From: Promethearchaeia archaeon
GTDB lineage: Archaea; Asgardarchaeota; Lokiarchaeia; Sigyniarchaeales; SOKP01
Assembly (NCBI GenBank): GCA_046483985.1
Contig: JAWOCD010000100.1
Location: 1-45,359 of the forward strand
Reading direction: 5' to 3'
DNA length: 45,359 bases
The notes below the pieces were generated by a model. That model was not told the origin of the DNA. It saw only the letters and a program-made list of their open reading frames with translations, and did no database searches. Position numbers and translations under genes: made by a program. Positions 37,589 to 45,359 of this stretch are shown piece after piece (position 1 is the first letter of the stretch; every line of letters begins with the position of its first letter).

Positions 37589-37899
37589 AATAAATCACGA
37601 TATTTAATTTTAAATTTTTTGTTAATAATAGATTGATTCAATTTACTATATAAATATTTATTAATATCTTTAAAAAAATCTTTACTAATCAAATGTTGAA
37701 ATATCTTCTGATTTTGCATTTACTTTGCAACCCATTAGTTCTGAATTCATCAAAATTTTCAAAAATCAAACATATTCAGATGAATTCAACACTTTTTAAC
37801 CCAAAACTAAATTATTATATAGATAATTGAATAAAAATTATTTAGAAGTTTAAACGTATTCTAAATGTAAGATTTTGTAAATACATAAGTGATTAAATT

Positions 37900-39210
37900 A
37901 TGAGCCAATATGAAGAATCTGAGTTTTTAGAATGTCGCTATTGTGAGCACCAATGTAAATATCGGGGAATTGCAGAGAAAAACATGAAAGCGGACGAGGA
38001 ATATACGAAAGAATTCTTTAATCTCTTTAGAGAGGGAGATTTAGACGCTGTAGCGGACCATGTTGCCAAAGCTGCAATGGGAATTATGGAAACGGACGAT
38101 CCAGAGAGCCTACTATCTCTGGGGATATGTTTATACGTTATCGGAGCCAATATTCTCGACATTCCAGATGTGCTACGACGTAGGTTAGGACGGATGGCGA
38201 AATCTAAAATTAGGACCTCAATCAAAGATCAACTCGGGATAACGCCAAAGAAAAAACCAAAAGTTACAGAAGCAAAACCAGGAGCCGAAGTTCAAGTCCC
38301 TACTGAAGTGGTAGAAACTGGCGCTGCCGAGGAGGTCGAGACAGAGGAATTAGAGACTATGCCGAGAGTGGAAGAGCCAGTAGCAGTGACAACCCCAGCA
38401 TCCTTTGTAGAACAATGGATTCGAAGTGACGAGGAATTCCTCTATTATGTGGACGAGATCGTTCAGCGTTCTGATAATCTTTTGGCGGTAAAATACGATT
38501 TGGAAACAGAGGGATTTCTCCGTGGACTCTTAATAAAAATCCTCTATGCTGCGAAAGACGCCAAAGGTAATCGAATCCTCAAATTAGGCATAAAATCACG
38601 GGTGGATGTTCCCTATCATTTGAACGTCATAATGGGAAAAGTCAAGCGTAATATAATTGCAAGATCACTTCCAGGTGATTTAAAAAGTGAACAAAAAATG
38701 TACAAACAGCTGAAATCTGCCACAGAGCAAGAGGAAGAACCGAAGGGAATGAAGGATAGATTAAGTTTAATGCTCAATCGAGATAAATTTTTGAAGAATA
38801 CGATTAAAAAGACCTTAATCTTAGATAGTCCCGTGGGAGATGCCAAAGATATCTTAGTACCAATCTCAATTCAAAAGCTTGGGGAGGAAGGCTGTGATTT
38901 GGTGGTTCGCACCTTTTTGGACGAATCGAAGATGACACCGACCGAACTGTTTATCAATGTTATGGATGGAATTGCAGAAAATATGGATTATCTTCTCGAA
39001 GTTCCGGAAAAAGAACGTGCAAAATCGCCCATGGAAAAAGAAGATTGGTTCGAAATCAAAGTTAAGCCTAAAATGGGCTCCTTTAGTTCAAAGTTTATTG
39101 AGCGGGTCGCTTTACCCGAAATTCCTACATGTCCACACTGTGGAAGACCTTTACCAAAATCCCAGACTGTTGATTACAGAAGATGTCCCTTCTGCTATGA
39201 GAAACTATGA
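37900..39210 (+). CDS. Hypothetical protein with N-terminal Cys cluster and C-terminal zinc ribbon
   Basis: CRYCEHQC at the N-terminus, an acidic linker, and CPHCG...CPFC at the C-terminus. Confidence 0.8.
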   Translation: MSQYEESEFLECRYCEHQCKYRGIAEKNMKADEEYTKEFFNLFREGDLDAVADHVAKAAMGIMETDDPESLLSLGICLYVIGANILDIPDVLRRRLGRMAKSKIRTSIKDQLGITPKKKPKVTEAKPGAEVQVPTEVVETGAAEEVETEELETMPRVEEPVAVTTPASFVEQWIRSDEEFLYYVDEIVQRSDNLLAVKYDLETEGFLRGLLIKILYAAKDAKGNRILKLGIKSRVDVPYHLNVIMGKVKRNIIARSLPGDLKSEQKMYKQLKSATEQEEEPKGMKDRLSLMLNRDKFLKNTIKKTLILDSPVGDAKDILVPISIQKLGEEGCDLVVRTFLDESKMTPTELFINVMDGIAENMDYLLEVPEKERAKSPMEKEDWFEIKVKPKMGSFSSKFIERVALPEIPTCPHCGRPLPKSQTVDYRRCPFCYEKL

Positions 39211-39367
39211 TTATATTTATCCTCTATTGAAAATTAAAACAACATTTTTCTTTTCTTTCTTATTTAATTTTTTTATAATTTTCTTACGAACAGTATAATT
39301 TATTTTTTAAGCGTGATTTAGAAAAAGTAAATATCTGTACTTATTTTCTTAATATGGTGGAGAGAGT

Positions 39368-40396
39368 TTGAACTACTTTCGTGCGGGAAAATTAAACCAT
39401 GACTTTTTAGAATCGATGATAAAGCGATTTGTGGCAGATCTATCCATTCAAGATGAAAGAATCATTAACGGTTCGATGATTGGGGAAGATGCAGCAGTGA
39501 TAGACGATGGAGATAAATATTTAGTGGCAAAAACAGACCCAATCACGTTTGCCACCGATGAAATTGGGTATTATGTGGTAAATGTGAATGTAAATGATGT
39601 GGTATGCACGGGAGCCATCCCAAAATGGTTTCAAACTACAATTTTACTTCCCGAAAAGAAAACAGATGATTCGCTCGTGGAAAAAGTTTTTCGCTCTGTC
39701 TATAATGCTTGTAAAACCTTTGATATAAGCATTATTGGGGGACATACAGAGGTTTCCACAGGTCTACCGAGACCCGTTTTGGTTGGTCATCTCTTGGGAG
39801 AAGTGGAAAAGGAAGATTTAGTACTTACATCGGGCGCAGAACCTGGGAATAGTCTTATTTTAACAAGAGGCGTGTTTATTGAAGGTACTTCTATAATCGC
39901 TCGGGAACGGAGTAACACTTTAGTTGAGCATAACTTTTCAAAGGAGTTTATAGAAAAATGCAAAAATTTCTTATATGATCCAGGAATCAGTGTATATGAG
40001 GAAGCTCTGCTAGCTAATAAACATTTCAATATAAACTCAATGCATGATCCCACCGAAGGGGGCTTATATTGCGGCATTGCCGAAATGGCTATGGCTTCAA
40101 ATTGCGGGGTCTTGATTGATGAGTCACGGATCAATATTTTCGAAGAATCAAAAGCTCTCAGCGAAATATTTGATTTAAATCCGATGAATACCATTACTTC
40201 GGGAGCTTTGTTAATCGCTATAGAGGAAGAAAGCTCTTCTGCATTGGTTAATTTATTAAGAGAGCGGGATATACCCGCTTCCAGAATTGGGAAATTTACT
40301 GAAAAGCAGCAAGGACTACGTCTAAAAAAGGCTAATGAGATTACCCAATTACAATATACGGAAATTGATGAGATCACGAAAATATTTCAAGAATAA
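39368..40396 (+). CDS. AIR synthase-related (PurM/HypE-like) protein
   Basis: GKL, GEDAAVI, KTDPIT, VNVNDV, GGHTE, MHDPTEGGL. Confidence 0.9.
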   Translation: MNYFRAGKLNHDFLESMIKRFVADLSIQDERIINGSMIGEDAAVIDDGDKYLVAKTDPITFATDEIGYYVVNVNVNDVVCTGAIPKWFQTTILLPEKKTDDSLVEKVFRSVYNACKTFDISIIGGHTEVSTGLPRPVLVGHLLGEVEKEDLVLTSGAEPGNSLILTRGVFIEGTSIIARERSNTLVEHNFSKEFIEKCKNFLYDPGISVYEEALLANKHFNINSMHDPTEGGLYCGIAEMAMASNCGVLIDESRINIFEESKALSEIFDLNPMNTITSGALLIAIEEESSSALVNLLRERDIPASRIGKFTEKQQGLRLKKANEITQLQYTEIDEITKIFQE

Positions 40397-40689
40397 TCAT
40401 CTTTCACCTTTTTTATTATTTACTAATTCTCTAGAACTAATTAGTTAGGCGAATTAAAAATCTGAATCATAAAGAAAAGGAGATTATACTTTTTAGGTGA
40501 TAAGTGAATAATCCAATTAAAAGTTTTATCTTCTCTTTCTTCGCTTAAAAGACTAATCCTTTTAGCAATATCAATGCAATATTTTGTTTCTCCCTAAAAT
40601 GATTCATATTCTACTGGTAGAGTACTTAATAAATCGATAAATTACTATACTCCATTCTCTTTAATAGATGGGATAATTATATATATAAT

Positions 40690-42018
40690 ATGACTGTACC
40701 TAAGAAGTTAGACGAAAAAGTACCCGTAAAGTTTAGTTTGCATAACAATAGAGAGGTAAAAAATAAATCAAAAGCGATAAGGTGTCCTCACCCTTATAAA
40801 CTCGTGAAAGACGGACTTAATAAAATAAAGGCCGGAAAGAACCAGAGGTATAAGTGTAAATTGTGCGGCTCACGCCTTGGAAATAAAGCCACCATCAAAA
40901 AGATTAAAACATATGAGACAGGCTGTATGGAAGTCATTTACGACCTTTTTTTTATGAAGTCTCCTGTCTCGTCCGTTGCAGAAAAGTACGGAATGCCCCA
41001 ACCCAAGGTTAGTACTTTCAAAAAACGAGTAATTCGACAATCATATGCACAAAACAGAAAAGCCTTAGACCATCCGCACCGGACGCTTCCAGATGGTGCT
41101 CTGTTTGCAGATGAGACCTTTTTTGGCTCCGAAGAGAACCATAATATGGAAGTTGAGTTTGTCTCCGAGGATTCGGAGGTTTTGGCTGTCGGACCCGCAG
41201 AACAAGAAGGTCTATTCCGCTACGTGAGCGATGTCTTTTACAGTATTGACGAGGATATCCGTTCTAAGTTAAAAGTGTTTGTAAGTGATGGAGAAAAAGC
41301 ATACCAACAATTGATGAGGGGACTGGGCAAGGATGTAATTCATGTCCAACAACTCCATGATCCCAATAAGCTCGGGACTGTGTTAATTAATAGGTATGAG
41401 AAATTAGGTGCTCATACCCTCCAATATCAAATAAAGACACATTGGAAAATCGTTTCTAAAGGAAAACATACCTTAAAGGTCAATTGGTCAATAAATCTTC
41501 TCAGAGGGCAGATGTACTCGGAGAGAGGGCGCCCAACGGGGCAGGAGATAAAACGCGCATGGAGCGCTTATCACGGTCGCCAATGGCGACAGAAATATAA
41601 AAAATATAAAGAACATAAGTCGGGAAAACAAGGAACTGCAGAACTGTTCGTCAATCCCGAAACAAATAAAGTTTCGCTTGGTGCGGGCTCACATGTATGG
41701 ATGAGCAAAATGTTAGCACCCGTATTGAAATTGTTTAAGGGAAAATGTATAAGTTCTAATGTGGTAGAGAGCGTTCATTCCCGAATAAAGCGTCATCGCC
41801 GTCTTAGAAAACAACAAGACCCAGTTTATCAGCATCAAGAATTTGTATTTCATGCCTACCTCCAGGAGCACGGACATCTTCCTCTGGTATTGCTTCATGG
41901 AAAATACTTGTGGAAATATTTAACGAAAGAAAGGAAGCGGGAATGGATCTCATACAAGCTACGCTCTAATGAGCAAAATATGGTCCAGTCCTCGCTGTTG
42001 GCGTTTGCACTTTCTTGA
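40690..42018 (+). mobile_element. DDE transposase (IS1/IS6/IS1595-like architecture)
   Basis: N-terminal CP..K.G....QRYKCKLCG zinc ribbon, HTH, FADETF (D1), VSDGEKAY (D2), SSNVVESVHSRIK (E). No terminal inverted repeats identified. Confidence 0.8.
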
Positions 42019-42190
42019 AAATATTTTTATAAAGTGAAAGGTATAATCACCATAAATTGGATAAAGTTTTTTTTCATGATTTTTTTCAAGACCTCATTAC
42101 AAAGAAGCTCTAAAATATTACGACATAATCTATAGAATCGTGAGGAAAGAAAAAAGGGGAATTGCAGCATTAAAACCCAAGAAAAAATTC

Positions 42191-43681
42191 CTAAAAATCA
42201 GATTTCCGTCTTTGTTTTCTGGTTCCTTTAAATTGATTAAGTGCCGAAATGATTTTTGCTTTTTCTCCAGATTTTTCCAATTCTTTTAAATGTTGTTTCT
42301 TAATAAATCGAAAGTCGTCTAAAATTTTCCCTCCTTCTTCAATTAAATTATTTTGTTCCTCAGGATCTTTTTGAAGGTTAAATAAGTATTCTTTTTCTCT
42401 TTCTTCGTCAAAAATATATTTCCATTTACCTTTCTTAATTCCTAATAAAATATATCCTTCTTCTCGGTTTCTTCTCATATATCCAGCTTTTTGATAACAT
42501 TCCGAAATAATTAATCTTTCTTGCGTTTTATTATCCTTTTCTTTCATTAACGTCCGTAAATCTCTTCCTTGAAAATCGTCTGGAGGTGAGATCCCAAAGA
42601 AATTTAAAATAGTTGGGGCTATGTCAAGCAATTGAACTTTATCCTTGATCACTTTTGGTTTTAAGTCTTTTCCAGGCTCTAAGATAAAGAGCGGGACATG
42701 TAATAATTCTTCATACACGGACCCTTGATGGCCCAGAGTTTTATGCTCATAGAACGATTCTCCATGATCTGCAGTGATAATTATTAGCGACTGATCTTTG
42801 TATTTCTTTTCGATAAAATACAGTAATTTTGCTAAGTGATCATCCACAAAATTGATTTGTGCATCGTATAAAACTTGAAGATTTTTAAGAATGTCACGAG
42901 TTATTTTATATTTTTTAAAATTTTCACATATTTCTTCAAAATAGATTTCTCGCTCTTGAGGGGAAAAATTTTGGTCTCTGAATTTTAATACGTTCTCAGA
43001 AGGAGGATTATAAGGGCTATGAACATCCATAAAATGAATCCAAGAAAATAGGGAATCCCTATTATCAACTTGATTAAGGTATTTAATTGTTCTATTAACT
43101 AAATACGGAGCATTATAAGCCATAGGCGTGAAGGGAAGAAACAGATCCGTAATAAAAGGAAAATTCCTTCTTAACCAATTTTTAATCTTATTAAAGCCTT
43201 TTAAATTATATAAAATTTTTTTAAATAAAGCGTTTACATTAAATATTTTTCTTAATTTAGTTATGAAATTCCCTTGTTCTCCGGAGTCAACTGCGTCTTC
43301 CTCTCTATTGAATCTTAATCCATCAAGAAAGGTTTCATATCCACGGTCATAATTAAAGAAACGTCCCAAATTTGGATTACTATGAATTGCAAAAGTATCA
43401 ATATCATATTCATTAAGAATTTGCGGGAAAGGTATTTTTTCATGGGGTAAAGGAATATATCCTCCATTAGATAAGGGAAATTGTGAAGTAAATATGGCGG
43501 AGAAAGAAGATGGTGAGGCAGGCCCATTTGCAAATGCGTTCTCAAATCTAATCCCTTTTTTAAGAATCTTTTCCATTTTAGGAGTTGTATTTTTATCATA
43601 TCCGTAGGATTTCAAATGATCCGGCCTAAGTGCGTCAATAGTGATAAGAAATACAAGCTTCCTTTCGCTTTCTTCGTACAT
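42191..43681 (-). CDS. Sulfatase-like alkaline phosphatase superfamily protein
   Basis: LITIDALRPDHL, WIHFMDVHSPY, ITADHGE, HVPL, DIAPTIL, LFNLQKDPEE. Confidence 0.9.
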   Translation of the reverse strand: MYEESERKLVFLITIDALRPDHLKSYGYDKNTTPKMEKILKKGIRFENAFANGPASPSSFSAIFTSQFPLSNGGYIPLPHEKIPFPQILNEYDIDTFAIHSNPNLGRFFNYDRGYETFLDGLRFNREEDAVDSGEQGNFITKLRKIFNVNALFKKILYNLKGFNKIKNWLRRNFPFITDLFLPFTPMAYNAPYLVNRTIKYLNQVDNRDSLFSWIHFMDVHSPYNPPSENVLKFRDQNFSPQEREIYFEEICENFKKYKITRDILKNLQVLYDAQINFVDDHLAKLLYFIEKKYKDQSLIIITADHGESFYEHKTLGHQGSVYEELLHVPLFILEPGKDLKPKVIKDKVQLLDIAPTILNFFGISPPDDFQGRDLRTLMKEKDNKTQERLIISECYQKAGYMRRNREEGYILLGIKKGKWKYIFDEEREKEYLFNLQKDPEEQNNLIEEGGKILDDFRFIKKQHLKELEKSGEKAKIISALNQFKGTRKQRRKSDF

Positions 43682-43930
43682 ATTTTTTCTTATTAAGCTG
43701 TTTTCTATTCTTAATAAATAAAACGAAATTATTAAATTTTTTAAAAAATAAATGATCTCAATTAATTAAAAGTTCAATAATTATGCTCAGTTCCCAATGT
43801 TTGTTTGACAACCTTCATTAAGGGATTAAAGCAAATCGAAAAATATTTATAAAATCTAATAATTAAAAATCCAAATAGTTCAATTATTATTTATGATTCA
43901 CTCATTCTAATTCTCTAACTAAGATAAAAT

Positions 43931-45271
43931 ATGATTAGAATTTTTTTAACTTCTCGATCTTTTGGCTCCTCTGGTCGCGGAGGAGCGGCAAAAAGTATGA
44001 CAAATATTATCGAAGGGCTTTCAAAATTGGACATTTTTTCAATTAAAATACTTACATTTAGCAAATATAATCCAGATTTTAAAAATGTGGGCTATTTGAA
44101 AGTAAATAGATTTGTTTACCACCTAAAAAAAATCTGTTCTGACATAGGACTTCCCTTTGGAATTCAATCGTTTCTTTTAATCCCACAGATCTTAAGAAAA
44201 ATAAAGCAATTTAATCCACATCTTATTATTACTCAAACTCCCATTGCTTATCCAACAATAATCGCAAGCATAATAAAGAAAATTCCCATAATTTATATTA
44301 TTCGAGATTTACGTACCTTTTGCCCGAAGTATACTGATATCTATGAATACAGACAAGCATGTACGTATTTCCAGCCTAAAAAAAAATGTAAGCAATGTAT
44401 TCTCCGTTGGAAACACCTTAGAGTCTTGATAGGTGATAAAGCAAAAGGATATGAAACCTCATGTAAGTCTTTATTGAAAAATATAGTTTATTATTTGAGA
44501 ATCCCCCTTGTAAAACTAAATTTTAAATTGGCAACCAAAACTTCACGGAATTTACTTGCTTCTCGATTGGTGAGACAATTTTTCCAAGCATCAATAGAAA
44601 ACAATAATTTCCTTTCGAGGGAGGATTTCCAACGAAAATTTAAGATTGCCTGTATAACGCCCATTAAAAAACAGGGAAAATTGGATATTAGCTTGGTTGA
44701 CCAAAACAGGGCCCACAAAATGGATAAACGAAAACTCGATAAGATATTAAAAACCAAAAAGGACACATTTCTGCTATATATTATCTCAAATCAGAAGAAT
44801 GAATTAATCAAGGGGACTCATTTTATTTTTTCACTTAGCAAGGTCTTGCCCCCCTCTTGGAAACTGATTATTGTAGGAAAAGAATTTGACAGATTTCAAG
44901 ACAGGCCCAGAGTTATTAATTTCGGTCACATCCCTCTTTTTATTTTGTATAAAATTTATCAGAAAGCAGATATAACCTTAGTGCCTTCCTTTTTCAATGA
45001 AACTTTCGGAAGAATTATTATCGAAAGCATAATCAATACAACTCCTGTAATAACCTCGCCTCAGTGTGGTGCTAGCTATTTCTTTGAGGATAAAAAATAT
45101 TTGAAAATTGAAAATCTCAGATTAAGTAAGTGGATTTCGGCAATTAGCGGTTTTATAGATTCCCCACCGAAAATTACCCAAACAGATGTGAATGAAGTGT
45201 TAAATAAGTTTTCAAGTTCGAAAAGCACAGAGGATTTTATAAGGGTTATAAAAGGTAGTTATACCTTTTAG
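43931..45271 (+). CDS. Glycosyltransferase family 4 (GT-B)
   Basis: GRGGAAKS N-terminal motif; ADITLVPS..ETFGRIIIES...TPVITS (ExFG-x4-E). Confidence 0.88.
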   Translation: MIRIFLTSRSFGSSGRGGAAKSMTNIIEGLSKLDIFSIKILTFSKYNPDFKNVGYLKVNRFVYHLKKICSDIGLPFGIQSFLLIPQILRKIKQFNPHLIITQTPIAYPTIIASIIKKIPIIYIIRDLRTFCPKYTDIYEYRQACTYFQPKKKCKQCILRWKHLRVLIGDKAKGYETSCKSLLKNIVYYLRIPLVKLNFKLATKTSRNLLASRLVRQFFQASIENNNFLSREDFQRKFKIACITPIKKQGKLDISLVDQNRAHKMDKRKLDKILKTKKDTFLLYIISNQKNELIKGTHFIFSLSKVLPPSWKLIIVGKEFDRFQDRPRVINFGHIPLFILYKIYQKADITLVPSFFNETFGRIIIESIINTTPVITSPQCGASYFFEDKKYLKIENLRLSKWISAISGFIDSPPKITQTDVNEVLNKFSSSKSTEDFIRVIKGSYTF

Positions 45272-45359
45272 GTGTTGGAATTGTTTTTCAAATTAAAACT
45301 TTTTGGCTATTTTTGGAAAGCAAAACCAATACTTCTTAATCTCTTTATCTAAAATCGAG

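Noticed and set aside
40397-42190. Terminal inverted repeats for the DDE transposase
   Set aside because: Only short, non-collinear AT-rich matches (e.g. GATTATAC, ATCCAATT) were found between the flanks.

Overview
AT-rich archaeal chromosomal segment. The gene set (archaeal-type AlaRS, DtdA, RNase Z, CdhE, a corrinoid protein, three Ras/Rab-like small GTPases, an alpha-SNAP-like helical-repeat protein and many zinc-ribbon proteins) suggests an Asgard (Lokiarchaeia-like) genome; this is an inference. No rRNA, tRNA or CRISPR array was seen. The main structure the ORF track misses is a dispersed IS200/IS605-TnpB system. It comprises the 3' end of a tnpB with its right end (1-338) and two ~210-bp protein-free elements (2019-2237 minus, 6513-6719 plus) that follow the IS608 TTAC/AAAG and GAAT/TCAA end rules and carry a TATA-like box plus a covarying omegaRNA-like scaffold. 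It also includes a left-end/right-end pair (~5335-6074) bracketing a 124-bp near-exact copy of alaS coding sequence and a NUDIX gene, and a fourth right end next to a tnpB pseudogene (36247-36930). All five right ends point into the 3' end of a convergent gene or ORF. Other notable items are tandem degenerate GTPase/zinc-finger fusions (one apparently starting at ATT), a ~150-nt structured intergenic RNA candidate (19451-19602), a ubiquitin-like protein ending GG-R opposite the SNAP-like gene, several pseudogenes and a DDE transposase.
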